Below are positions 9,216 through 18,577 of a stretch of 64,000 nt of DNA, piece by piece (within the stretch, counting starts at the first letter, position 1; each line of letters starts with the position of its first letter). Under the pieces are notes generated by a model that did not search any database, was not told the origin of the DNA, and saw only the letters and a list, made by a program, of their open reading frames with translations. The stretch comes from a virus, in the IMG/VR virus record IMGVR_UViG_3300045999_010887, positions 1-64,000 of that record. The stretch is one strand, 5' to 3'. The translations under genes and the position numbers were made by a program.

Positions 9216-9519
9216 CAAACCACAACGCACTCCTGGGCATAAAACCAAAAGCCATATCGTCAAGGCTTGCGAGGGTGGAGAAGAACGCATCATTCGGTTT
9301 GGGCAACAAGGTGTAGAGGGTGCAGGCAAGAATCCACAGAGCGAGAAGGATAAAGCGCGTAAAAAGTCTTACTACGCTCGTCATAACGCTCAAGATCCTA
9401 ATCCAGATAAGATGTCAGCACGGTATTGGAGTCACAAGGTTAAGTGGATGATCTTAAGTGGTATGATAATCCCAGAGTTGCTTCACGCATGTCTTCACGT
9501 TGGAACTACATTGACGTAA
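9148..9519 (+). CDS. Conserved basic phage protein; C-terminus extended by an insertion
   Basis: IRFGQQG...SYYARH...ARYWSHKVKW; the likely original stop now lies at 9924-9926. Confidence 0.7.
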   Translation: MSDKPKKAVAAAKRYQKDKMACNKPQRTPGHKTKSHIVKACEGGEERIIRFGQQGVEGAGKNPQSEKDKARKKSYYARHNAQDPNPDKMSARYWSHKVKWMILSGMIIPELLHACLHVGTTLT

Positions 9520-9911
9520 AGTGCACAAGTTGCGACACGGAAAGTTGCATACGCATTGATCAATACAATCGCAAGGGAAAACAGTGGACGTGTCGTTCAT
9601 GTGCTTTTTCTGGACGAAAATTGCACGTCAAAAATCCTTCAGCAAAACATGATCCTCAAAAAACAGGGGCTTGGAAAAGTTATTGGAGGGCCAAAAAACG
9701 AGTCAGTGAAAACCATAACGGCGCATATGGAGATGTATTGTTTAAATTTGAAAGTTTTGATCAGTTTTGGAATGAATTGGGAGAAAGGCCTGAAGGCAAG
9801 AGTTTAGATCGAATAAATCCTTGGGGTCACTATGCGCCAGGTAACGTAAGATGGGCTACACATAAAGAGCAATGCAATAATAGAAGAAAGAAAAGTGCCG
9901 TTCAAAAGTAA
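9489..9911 (+). mobile_element. Free-standing HNH homing endonuclease
   Basis: LGERPEGKSLDRINPWGHYAPGNVRWAT; flanked by a 12-bp direct repeat. Confidence 0.8.
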
Positions 9912-9925
9912 AAGGTGAAGTGGTA

Positions 9926-10147
9926 ATGAAATTAGCAGGCAAGTACAGCACTGGTTACACACCAGAAATTTTTCCAAATCAAAACGTCATGCAAGCAATG
10001 GCAGCGCAAACAAAAAATCCTGAACTAAAGAATGCTTTTCTTGATTTTCAGTATCCGTTTCGACATGAAGATTTGATTAATTCTGAATACTCTCCTGAAG
10101 TTAAGCAATTGATTTTGGACGCTGCCACACGGCAAAACTACCGCTAA
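9926..10147 (+). CDS. Hypothetical protein
   Basis: ATG overlaps TAA (TAATG) of the displaced gene end. Confidence 0.55.
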   Translation: MKLAGKYSTGYTPEIFPNQNVMQAMAAQTKNPELKNAFLDFQYPFRHEDLINSEYSPEVKQLILDAATRQNYR

Positions 10148-10173
10148 ACTGCTTACGTCAACCCCATTCCATC

Positions 10174-10299
10174 ATGGCAAAACCCAAGTCAAGCGCATCC
10201 ATCAAGATTGAGTCCAAGCCTAAGAAAACAAGACAAGGCCAGGGATTGCACTCCTTGCCTAATCACGGACGCAAGAAAACTCGCGGTCAAGGCAAGTAA
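10174..10299 (+). CDS. 41-aa basic protein (not in ORF track)
   Basis: MAKPKSSASIKIESKPKKTRQGQG...RKKTRGQGK*. Confidence 0.6.
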   Translation: MAKPKSSASIKIESKPKKTRQGQGLHSLPNHGRKKTRGQGK

Positions 10300-10336
10300 A
10301 ATCTGTGTATGATTGGGGGTAACTTAGTTACCCCTT

Positions 10337-11002
10337 ATGTCTGATTTTTCTAGTGCAATTGAATTAATCAGGAAGTACGAGGGGTATAACGAAAAGGCAT
10401 ACCCCGATCCTTCTACAGGTTCCGAACCTTACACCATTGGTTACGGCACGCAGTATTACCCAGACGGATCTCCAGTCAGGCGCGGACATCTCTGCACAAA
10501 ACGCAAAGCCCTGGAGTATCTGTACCATGAGTTGGAAGTGCTTGATACTGAACTCAAGCGATTAAATCTTGGCCTGGATGATTCCATGCACCAAGCGTTA
10601 ATTTCTTTCATTCATTCGGTTGGCTGGAATTCTTTCCTGTACAGCAACATCATCGACTGCCTGGAACAAGAGGACTGGCGTGGTGCCAGCGAAGAGATTC
10701 CTAAGTGGATTTTTGATCAAGATCACAAGATGGTAGGAGCCCTTCTGCATCGTCGCCAGGAGGAAGTCTCGTTGTTCTTGCGTGAGATCAACGACAGCGC
10801 CTGGGTTTCAACAGAGATCCTGCTGACTGCCTTCCGCAACTACTCTGCGGCTGCTCACCAGGTGCGCGCCATCCGCCTCCTGGAGGAGGCTGTCAACCCT
10901 TATACTCTGTCTGAGTTTGCTAACAATTTCAGAATTGAAGAGGATCCCTGGACCGCGACTGAGTTTGATGATTTTGGCCTAAAAGGCATCTGCGACATTT
11001 AG
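10337..11002 (+). CDS. Phage lysozyme (GH24)
   Basis: IRKYEG...AYPD...YTIGYG...RRQEE. Confidence 0.85.
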   Translation: MSDFSSAIELIRKYEGYNEKAYPDPSTGSEPYTIGYGTQYYPDGSPVRRGHLCTKRKALEYLYHELEVLDTELKRLNLGLDDSMHQALISFIHSVGWNSFLYSNIIDCLEQEDWRGASEEIPKWIFDQDHKMVGALLHRRQEEVSLFLREINDSAWVSTEILLTAFRNYSAAAHQVRAIRLLEEAVNPYTLSEFANNFRIEEDPWTATEFDDFGLKGICDI

Positions 11003-11026
11003 CTCTAGAATAGTTTTAATTGAAGC

Positions 11027-11335
11027 ATGCGATCAGGAATGGACAGATCGGTTGAACCTCGTGAGTTTGAGCTTCCTTTAGAGCTTCAATTCTCAATGCG
11101 CAAGGCCGAGTTGCAAGCGCAGGAAATGACATGGGAACAACTCTATGGTGCGCTCCTAAACCTGTACCACCAACGTCTCATGGAATGGTACGCTGTTAAG
11201 TCCTTGATGGCCGATGAGAATGTCAACATTGAATGGGATTACCCTACAGATATAGAGCTTGCGGAGTTGGCTATGGCATGCGTTTATGAAGATGATGAAA
11301 ATGAAGATGAGGAGGATGATTTCCAGCCTTTTTAA
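11027..11335 (+). CDS. nblA: NblA-like phycobilisome degradation protein with an acidic tail
   Basis: ELPLELQFSMRKAELQAQEMTWEQLYGALLNLYHQ matches the NblA pattern (LSLEQQF..R....V..MS.EQA...L..LY.Q). Confidence 0.7.
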   Translation: MRSGMDRSVEPREFELPLELQFSMRKAELQAQEMTWEQLYGALLNLYHQRLMEWYAVKSLMADENVNIEWDYPTDIELAELAMACVYEDDENEDEEDDFQPF

Positions 11336-11787
11336 AATGTTGACTGTTCTAAATAAAGGATTGCTTTTTGCAAAATAGCAATATCATCATTGGCTTGCCC
11401 CAATAATGAGTTGCATTTAATACAGAGCAATCCTCTTATTTGATTTGTGCGGTGACAGTGATCAACGGAGAAGGTATTACGTTGCTTCCCAGGAGAGGTT
11501 GTCTCGCAGATTTTGCATTTTCCTTCTTGTTTACTTAATAGTTTTTCATACTCGGCGGATGTTAATTCATACCTTTTTTCAAGATGCCAACTTCTTTGAT
11601 ATTCCGGATAGCGTCTTTTGTTGTTATTTTTTCTTTTCTTTTCATGCGCTTCTTTAGTAAGCCATTGCTCAACATAAAAGCCATCTTTCTTTTTTCTATG
11701 TGTTTCGTAAGCCCAGAATAATCGCCCATCCTCACGCTGATCTCCACAGCGAAAAGGTAATCCAGTGATTGGATTGATTCTTTTCAT
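11332..11787 (-). CDS. Endonuclease VII-family (HNH) protein
   Basis: CKICE...VDHCH...IRGLLCIKCNSLLG; ATGA overlap with the upstream gene. Confidence 0.88.
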   Translation of the reverse strand: MKRINPITGLPFRCGDQREDGRLFWAYETHRKKKDGFYVEQWLTKEAHEKKRKNNNKRRYPEYQRSWHLEKRYELTSAEYEKLLSKQEGKCKICETTSPGKQRNTFSVDHCHRTNQIRGLLCIKCNSLLGQANDDIAILQKAILYLEQSTF

Positions 11788-12272
11788 TTTTGCTCTTGAA
11801 TCAAGAGGAGGCGATCCAAATACCACTGAGCCTTTAAAAGATCTGTTTTTCCTCCTTTATGACGCCATCTCCATAAATATTTAACGCAATTTCCACGGAG
11901 ATAACCTTCGTATTCTTCAAGTGTTAATTGAGCTTCAATTGCTTCAATGCACTCAATCCCACCACCGTCAGTGTAATGAGGTGGGTGATTAACTTGATCT
12001 GCCTGGACTACAGGAGTTTCTTCTTTTACGGCCCAGGGTACAGGGCATACGCCACCAGGGCAATCACTCACTTCTTCTACCGGAGCAAACCACGTCGTTT
12101 GGCCGACAGAAGGCGTTCCGTCTCCTCCGGCTCCTCCAGTTCCAGCACCAGAGCCTTGGGACGTGGTGATGCCCCCATCGCCAGGCCCTCCTCCATCGAA
12201 GGAATGTAACCCGTCATTCCAGGACGTGCCCCCTCTAGTTCCAGGCTCTGTCTTGGTATCCCCTCTTCGCAT
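11784..12272 (-). CDS. DUF3310-domain protein (start uncertain)
   Basis: VNHPPHY...ECIEAI...GNCVKYLWR..HKGG..DLLKAQWYL. Confidence 0.8.
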   Translation of the reverse strand: MRRGDTKTEPGTRGGTSWNDGLHSFDGGGPGDGGITTSQGSGAGTGGAGGDGTPSVGQTTWFAPVEEVSDCPGGVCPVPWAVKEETPVVQADQVNHPPHYTDGGGIECIEAIEAQLTLEEYEGYLRGNCVKYLWRWRHKGGKTDLLKAQWYLDRLLLIQEQK

Positions 12273-12427
12273 AATGTCAGTCCACGATTGTACTGGTCAT
12301 ACAATGGTACATCATTTTCTTCGTTGTCGAGATCAGCGCCGAATGTCGCCTGGCTCAAGCAGCGACACATGACCTCGTCAATGATGTTTTGACCAAGGCC
12401 GTCGCGGTAATCAGCAAAGTTATGCAT
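12077..12427 (-). CDS. Hypothetical protein
   Basis: 116-aa ORF. Confidence 0.5.
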   Translation of the reverse strand: MHNFADYRDGLGQNIIDEVMCRCLSQATFGADLDNEENDVPLYDQYNRGLTLCEEGIPRQSLELEGARPGMTGYIPSMEEGLAMGASPRPKALVLELEEPEETERLLSAKRRGLLR

Positions 12428-12468
12428 GGAAATATCTTGGCCTAAATTGCCTCGATTACAATATTAAC

Positions 12469-12930
12469 ATGGCAAGATTCTATAACCCACGCAGAGAAAA
12501 TATTGATCAACCGGTGGATACACCAGTTGGCTACAGAGGCCGTGTTCAATATGACCCACGGCAAGATTCTGGTTCATCCGGCGGTGAAGTTACCGACTTA
12601 ACCCCAGAGCGTCAATATGACGTTGACTTACGGCGCTTGGACTCAGGCGAACGTGCTACCGCTGGAGCGGCTGACACAGAGAATGCGGTTCAGCAAGGAC
12701 GTGTTTCAAGATTTTTAAAAGCATCCCGCCTGGCAGAGAAATATAAATCACAAGCGGACACCCGCTACCCAAACATTGGGACATCGGAACGGCGGTTGCC
12801 TGCCTCCAGAGGGGGCGTCGTCCTCCCGAGCCTGGGAGATGCTCCTGGAGCAAGGGGCAGTGTTAACTACCCCAATAAACCCCAGCCTCGAACAGGTAAG
12901 CCCTACAACTGGCTTGACGTCTTCAGTTGA
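12469..12930 (+). CDS. Hypothetical protein
   Basis: 153-aa ORF with TACAAT just upstream. Confidence 0.55.
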   Translation: MARFYNPRRENIDQPVDTPVGYRGRVQYDPRQDSGSSGGEVTDLTPERQYDVDLRRLDSGERATAGAADTENAVQQGRVSRFLKASRLAEKYKSQADTRYPNIGTSERRLPASRGGVVLPSLGDAPGARGSVNYPNKPQPRTGKPYNWLDVFS

Positions 12931-13518
12931 TCAAACTTTGCTAAAGACAACTTCAGGGGCCTGGTTCTGATACTTGCCCTTACGATCTTGGTAGCTGACT
13001 TCGCAGGGGTTGCCGCGGTAGAACAGCAACTGGGTGACACCCTCATCGGCGTAAATGCGATTGAAGAGTCCAGTGCAATTGCTGATCTCCAGAGTGAGGT
13101 AACCTTCCCAACCGCTTTCGGCCGGTGTGATATTCACAAGAATACCGGAGCGGGCATAGGTTGATTTACCAACTGCAACCACGGTCACGTCACGCGGCAG
13201 CTTAAGGCGTTCACGGGCAACTCCCAAGCAGTATCCATAGGGCGGCAGGAGAAAATAACGTCCTTTCTCGTCTTCTAAAAGTTCAGCATTTGTTAAGATT
13301 TCAGGCTTGAAATCTTTAGGGTCGCATTCACCTTCTGAGATGCGCCCGAAGATAAGGCACTGCTCTGGAGACAATCGAATGTCGTATCCATAAGAGCTGA
13401 GGCCGTAGCTCAGGATGCGACGACCGTTTTCCTTGCTAACGAGATGGTCCTGGAATGGGACAATCATCTCCTCTTCTTCTGCAAGACGACGGATTTCTTT
13501 ATCGCAGAGAACGCTCAT
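12931..13518 (-). CDS. dcd: dCTP deaminase
   Basis: SYGLSSYGYDIRL, GKSTYARSG, TPAESGWEGYLTLEISN, Y.DRKGKYQNQ. Confidence 0.93.
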   Translation of the reverse strand: MSVLCDKEIRRLAEEEEMIVPFQDHLVSKENGRRILSYGLSSYGYDIRLSPEQCLIFGRISEGECDPKDFKPEILTNAELLEDEKGRYFLLPPYGYCLGVARERLKLPRDVTVVAVGKSTYARSGILVNITPAESGWEGYLTLEISNCTGLFNRIYADEGVTQLLFYRGNPCEVSYQDRKGKYQNQAPEVVFSKV

Positions 13519-13550
13519 AGATCCATGAAAGCTTTTTCAATATAGATCAT

Positions 13551-14138
13551 TCAGCAAAGAACGCGACCTTTCTGAGAGTAAATATCAATGAATCGCTGGG
13601 TAGCCTCCTCCACATTATGTTTTGGTTGTAAGTACACCAAAAAGGAAGTGCATGTGTTATGTCGTTTGATGCCCTCATTTGTACGTGCAACCAAGCTTGG
13701 TACAGTTCTAAGAATGCAAACAGGAAAATCAAAGAGTCGTTGTTCGTAACGAAACATGTCAGGACAGTTGGAGAAATACAATCCCTCCTCTATTTCGTTA
13801 TGGAACCAAGCTTTGAATAAACGTCTGAACCACACAGCATGAGACGATGTCAAGGTCGCCGAACAAGCTCGTGTCATCTTCCAGCGTTCGTTCTTTTTAT
13901 CCCAAAAGTACGTCCCGCTGGGAGGGAATAAGTAGACCTTGCCAAACCAGTCCTGGTCATTCAAGCCATCATCGCTTGGAGTGTAATAATGTTTTGCATT
14001 GACGTATTCGTTAGCAAACGCTGAACTTGCCACATCCAGATCGATGTGTCCCATTAGACCATGCGCAGAAGCGACGAGATCTGAATTGGTCACCAACTCC
14101 AAATCTTCGCGACGCATGCCGCTTTTAGTAATAGCCAT
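13551..14138 (-). CDS. Phage N6-adenine DNA methyltransferase-like protein with an atypical motif IV
   Basis: IDLDVASSAFAN, DDGL...WFGKVYLFPPS (NPPY expected). Confidence 0.6.
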   Translation of the reverse strand: MAITKSGMRREDLELVTNSDLVASAHGLMGHIDLDVASSAFANEYVNAKHYYTPSDDGLNDQDWFGKVYLFPPSGTYFWDKKNERWKMTRACSATLTSSHAVWFRRLFKAWFHNEIEEGLYFSNCPDMFRYEQRLFDFPVCILRTVPSLVARTNEGIKRHNTCTSFLVYLQPKHNVEEATQRFIDIYSQKGRVLC

Positions 14139-14524
14139 TACTTCTCAGTCACTTTGTTGTAATCGATTTCAAAATAACGGATGCCTTCTTCATCATTAAT
14201 GACGTATCCGGCTTTTTCTGCTGGATCAATCTTTTGTGCAGCAGATAAAATTCGCCTAAAACTCTCAGCAAGATCTCCGTCGTTGTTCCGTTCACACTCC
14301 TCTTGAGCAGAGTGAATCTCTTTAAGCGTCCAAAAAAACATTGAACGTTCTTTATTTTTAGGCTGAAACACCATCACGCCAGGCCCCTCTGCTTCCCATA
14401 ATTTGCAGTAGTGCTGGCCCATGTCGCCAAGAATTAAACGCACAGTAACGTCTAACATCTTGACTTTAGTATCGTCCATGTCAGGACCAATTGCTTGAGC
14501 AATTAATTTTTCTCGTCTATTCAT
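14138..14524 (-). CDS. Hypothetical protein
   Basis: Coupled ORF. Confidence 0.6.
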   Translation of the reverse strand: MNRREKLIAQAIGPDMDDTKVKMLDVTVRLILGDMGQHYCKLWEAEGPGVMVFQPKNKERSMFFWTLKEIHSAQEECERNNDGDLAESFRRILSAAQKIDPAEKAGYVINDEEGIRYFEIDYNKVTEK

Positions 14525-14999
14525 TGGAATTCAATCCTTGTTTTTGTAAGACCTCTTGAAGGCGAGGGAGAGGTTGATAAATAACGACTAGCTTACCAAG
14601 AATGCCACGTTTTTTAACGAGTTTCCCTTGGTCATCACGAAGTTTGTCAAACTCTCCAGATCTGATTAAGTACTCAGCCACGCAACGTAAACGCCTTTTC
14701 AGAGGCAACTCAGCTGCTGGAAATTTATTACAAATTGTATCTGGTTGCATATCTTTGAAAGCAACACGCAATCGATTTGCCAGGGTCATGTTGGAGTTGA
14801 CGTCCTCTTCTTCGTAGTTACGAATAACTTCCAGATAACGACGCAAGCAACCGTCGTCAAATGAGCCTTCAGGAGGAAGAAAACATTCCACTTGGAGCGC
14901 CAAGGACACAGGGAGAAGCACCTGGTAATTTTCAAGCGTTACTTCCTGTATTGAAAATGTTTCAAATCGATGTGCCAGGGGTATCGTCTTCTTCTGCAT
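14517..14999 (-). CDS. Hypothetical protein
   Basis: Coupled ORF. Confidence 0.6.
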   Translation of the reverse strand: MQKKTIPLAHRFETFSIQEVTLENYQVLLPVSLALQVECFLPPEGSFDDGCLRRYLEVIRNYEEEDVNSNMTLANRLRVAFKDMQPDTICNKFPAAELPLKRRLRCVAEYLIRSGEFDKLRDDQGKLVKKRGILGKLVVIYQPLPRLQEVLQKQGLNSNE

Positions 15000-15447
15000 T
15001 TGATTCTTTGTTTAATGAGGCAAGGTAAACATCAAGCGAATGTTCGTTGTATTTATAGAGCTGTTGGCTGCTTCTATCTTTGAACTGCTTGAAATTAAGT
15101 TCTTCGTTTTTACTGAAGGAACGGACGAGATGGTTCCACGGAATGCGAAGTTTGTTTCGACTTTTGTGTCCAGGATTGATATTGACGTAATGAACGCCTT
15201 CTATCCAGCCTTTCCCAGATTTGTTTTTTTTGCCAACGGCGATCCAGTTCCGGATCGTTTGATCTGTGACGCCAAGCCGTCTGGCACACTCTTCTGTGGA
15301 AATGTATTCATCAGCGTACGCCTCTGGATTGGGGCTGCCTTTTGAATCTGCCCCTTCCTGGAGCGCCCAAATACTTGCAAGAATATTGCGAATTCCTTTT
15401 AATTCGTATGCAATATCTTCTAGGCCCTTGCGAATTCCGTAAGTCAT
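14962..15447 (-). CDS. HTH DNA-binding protein (Xis/MerR-like)
   Basis: YISTEECARRLGVTDQTIRNWI...GVHY. Confidence 0.75.
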   Translation of the reverse strand: MTYGIRKGLEDIAYELKGIRNILASIWALQEGADSKGSPNPEAYADEYISTEECARRLGVTDQTIRNWIAVGKKNKSGKGWIEGVHYVNINPGHKSRNKLRIPWNHLVRSFSKNEELNFKQFKDRSSQQLYKYNEHSLDVYLASLNKESNAEEDDTPGTSI

Positions 15448-15495
15448 ACCTCAGTCGTTTTGCGTAAATGCTAATGTATTTGTACAAGTTTTGTT

Positions 15496-15843
15496 ATGCC
15501 CATGGACGAACAAGTCCAAAATAGTGTTCCACAAGAGTTTCAAGCGCCAATGAAACTTTCGTCAGAACAAATTGAAATGCTGAAGGCCGTTGCCAGGGAG
15601 CGGGCAATTGCTCAGGCAGCAGCGGAGCAACCTCTCCAGCCCCAGCGTTTTGCCGCCCCTCCTCCGTCTATTGTTCCACCACAGCAACAACAAGAGCCAA
15701 AGGTTATTTACCTTCGCCGTAACTTTACGGTTGCGGAGGTTCTTTTGGTCCTTCTGATTTCTTGCGGAATTGTTGCAGGTGTACAAGCCTTATGGGGACT
15801 TGGATCTCGTATATTACCTCAAGTTGAAATAAAGGTCAAATGA
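15496..15843 (+). CDS. Membrane protein
   Basis: C-terminal hydrophobic helix. Confidence 0.55.
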   Translation: MPMDEQVQNSVPQEFQAPMKLSSEQIEMLKAVARERAIAQAAAEQPLQPQRFAAPPPSIVPPQQQQEPKVIYLRRNFTVAEVLLVLLISCGIVAGVQALWGLGSRILPQVEIKVK

Positions 15844-15895
15844 AATACAGCAAACCTAAACTATAATTTTAGTTATAAGGTTTGCGGGCGTATAC

Positions 15896-18250
15896 GTGGC
15901 CAACAGGCGGATTTCAGATCTACCAGCAATTACTTCGGTTGGCATCTCTGATGCCGACCTATTTACTATTGTTGATGTTTCAGAGGTTGATCCTGGCCTA
16001 AAGAACAAGAAGTTTACATTTGCAGAACATAAGACATATTTAAATAACTACTACCTTCAACTCAGCGGTGGAACCATTGTCAATGATTTAATTATTGGCG
16101 ATGATCTAAATGTTTCTGGAGATTTGACAGTCGCCCAGAACATGGCGATTGCCGGTACTGGTACATTTGGAACCCTGGTTATTAGTGGGTTTACAAGCAC
16201 TGGTATTATCAGTGGCGTAACCATTACAGGCACCAATATTCTTGGTGTCAATGTCAATGGTAATAACGCTTATTTTGCTTCTCTCCAGGCACCCACAGCA
16301 GCATTGGGTGCGGCAACTGCAACCTCTTTGAGTGGTGGCACGATCACCGGCAACACGATCGCCGCTAGTGGCATTACCGGTCAAACAATCACGGGTAATG
16401 TCATCAATGGCCTTAACATTAGTGGCACGACAATCACTGGCGTAACAGGTGTTTTCACAACGTCTGTTTCTGGTTTATTAGTCACCGGTGATACGGGAAG
16501 TTTTTCTAATATCACCGGCATTTCTGGAACATTCACCAGTCGTTTATCTGGTGCTGTTATTACAGGTAACACCGGTTTATTCTCCAGAATTACTGGCGTA
16601 TCTGGGGTTTTTACTGATCGTGTTTCAGGCGCTCTTGTTACCGGTGTAACAGGACAATTCACTCAACTCAATGCAGTTACCGGTCAATTCACTGTTGCAT
16701 CGGGTGCCACTGTCACTGGAACAACTGGTGCATTTACGACGATTACAGGTCAAAACATTTATGCAGGCATTGCCGTTTCCGGAGAAACAATCAACGGAAC
16801 CACAGGCGTTTTTGTAGATCTTGTTGCTAATAGTGGTACTTTTTCCGGCCGCGTTTCTGGCGCAGTCATCACTGGTGTAACCGGTTTATTTACCGTTGTC
16901 AATGCCGGTGGTATTACTTCGACTGGCACTATTAGTGGGGCTACGGTAACAGGTGCAAGCGGTCGATTCATCACACTGACTGCACAGACAGGTGTCTTTA
17001 CTGATACCATCTCCATTCCTTCAATTACAACAACGGGCAATCTGTCTGCCAGTGGTGATTTAATTGTTAATGGAAGTGGTTACATCAGTTCTGGCCTGGT
17101 CGTTTCCGGAACAATTTCAGGTAACACGGTTACAGGTCAAACGTTTATTTTTAACACCGCAACCGGATCTTCATTAAACGCTACCGGTCTAATCTCGGGT
17201 GTTTTAATTACAGGCAATACGATCCAGGTAACGTCACTAACTGGTGTTACCGGTGTATTTAATACAGTCAGTAGCGCTGTCATTACTGGGGGTACAGTCT
17301 CCGCCGTAACTGGTTCCTTTACGACTGGTTTATTTTCGTTTGTTTCAGGTAACACAATTACAGGCGCAACAGGCACATTTGTAGCAGTTACAGCAGTCTC
17401 TGGCACCTTCACCAGTCGAGTTTCTGGTGCAACTGTTACAGGCAACACCGGTTTATTTGGAAACCTAAGTGGTGTTTCTGGTGTTTTTAACGTGCTGTCC
17501 GGTAGCTCAATTACCGGCAACACAATCAGTGGCACTATCGGAACTTTTAATACAATCAATGCAACTACAGTTAACTACACTTCAACGGCAACTGGCAACA
17601 TCGTTGCAAGTGGCAGCGGTATCTTTAACTCGGGTCTTTTAACCAGCGGTAATCTTTTTGTTTCCGGAAGCGGAATCTTTGGCTCTGGTGTTCTTACGTC
17701 AGGTGCATTATCAACTAAGAGTGGTGTACGTTGGCTTGATGCAGATGAAAGTAATTGGGTTGCCTTCCAGGCCCCTGGAGTAGTCCCAACCAACGTTACG
17801 TGGGTTCTTCCTTCGGGAGATGCTACAACTTCTGGCTATGCCTTGATCAGTGATGCGTCAGGTAATTTGACGTGGGGGAACGTTTTATTAATTTCAGGAA
17901 CAACTGTTACCGGTCAAATAACCTTTGCAAGCGGTTTTGTTTCTAGTGGACAGGCAACATTTGTTAGCGGATTTGTTTCGTCTGGTACGGTCATTTTTGC
18001 AAGCGGTTTTAGTTCTAATTTGCATGCCACTTTTGGCATGCAATCAGCTTTGCGTTTTGCAGATGCTGATTCTAGTAATTGGGTTGCATTCCAAGCTCCT
18101 GCTACAATAGGAAGTAATGTTACATGGACGTTACCTTCTGGTGATGGCACTGCTAATCAGAACTTGAAAACTGATGGGTCTGGCAACCTAAGCTGGGCAA
18201 CAAATTCATCTATTACAAAAGGAATGTCTTATTTTTACGCAGGTTTTTAA
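15896..18250 (+). CDS. Tail fibre protein
   Basis: MANRRISDLPAI N-terminus, many VSG..VTG.TG.F repeats, duplicated DADxSNWVAFQAP...GNLxW module. Confidence 0.8.
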   Translation: MANRRISDLPAITSVGISDADLFTIVDVSEVDPGLKNKKFTFAEHKTYLNNYYLQLSGGTIVNDLIIGDDLNVSGDLTVAQNMAIAGTGTFGTLVISGFTSTGIISGVTITGTNILGVNVNGNNAYFASLQAPTAALGAATATSLSGGTITGNTIAASGITGQTITGNVINGLNISGTTITGVTGVFTTSVSGLLVTGDTGSFSNITGISGTFTSRLSGAVITGNTGLFSRITGVSGVFTDRVSGALVTGVTGQFTQLNAVTGQFTVASGATVTGTTGAFTTITGQNIYAGIAVSGETINGTTGVFVDLVANSGTFSGRVSGAVITGVTGLFTVVNAGGITSTGTISGATVTGASGRFITLTAQTGVFTDTISIPSITTTGNLSASGDLIVNGSGYISSGLVVSGTISGNTVTGQTFIFNTATGSSLNATGLISGVLITGNTIQVTSLTGVTGVFNTVSSAVITGGTVSAVTGSFTTGLFSFVSGNTITGATGTFVAVTAVSGTFTSRVSGATVTGNTGLFGNLSGVSGVFNVLSGSSITGNTISGTIGTFNTINATTVNYTSTATGNIVASGSGIFNSGLLTSGNLFVSGSGIFGSGVLTSGALSTKSGVRWLDADESNWVAFQAPGVVPTNVTWVLPSGDATTSGYALISDASGNLTWGNVLLISGTTVTGQITFASGFVSSGQATFVSGFVSSGTVIFASGFSSNLHATFGMQSALRFADADSSNWVAFQAPATIGSNVTWTLPSGDGTANQNLKTDGSGNLSWATNSSITKGMSYFYAGF

Positions 18251-18263
18251 TTGGGAGGTATAA

Positions 18264-18575
18264 ATGGCATCCGGAACATTAGGTCAAGCAGCACCAGCTG
18301 CTTTTACAAATACAACGGTTTATACTGTTCCTAGTGGTAAAACTGCTACGGTAAACATTAATGTTGTGAACCGTGGCACGGATGCCGCACTTGTTCGAGT
18401 AGCTGTTGCAGCCTCTGCCACTCCCACGAACAGTGAATACCTTGAATACGATGCAGCTATACTACCAAATGACGTTTTAGAGCGTACGGCAATTGTGATT
18501 AGTGCGCAAAAAAATTTGGTGGTATATGTAGATACCGCCGATACAAGTGTAAATGTTTACGGGTTTGAGGAGTAA
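18264..18575 (+). CDS. Tail-associated protein
   Basis: GGAGG SD; TTVYTVPSGKTA motif. Confidence 0.6.
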   Translation: MASGTLGQAAPAAFTNTTVYTVPSGKTATVNINVVNRGTDAALVRVAVAASATPTNSEYLEYDAAILPNDVLERTAIVISAQKNLVVYVDTADTSVNVYGFEE

Positions 18576-18577
18576 AA

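Noticed and set aside
12077-12272. Dual-coding overlap between the DUF3310 ORF and the 116-aa ORF
   Set aside because: The Gly-rich extension looks like an off-frame artefact; a later GTG start explains it.
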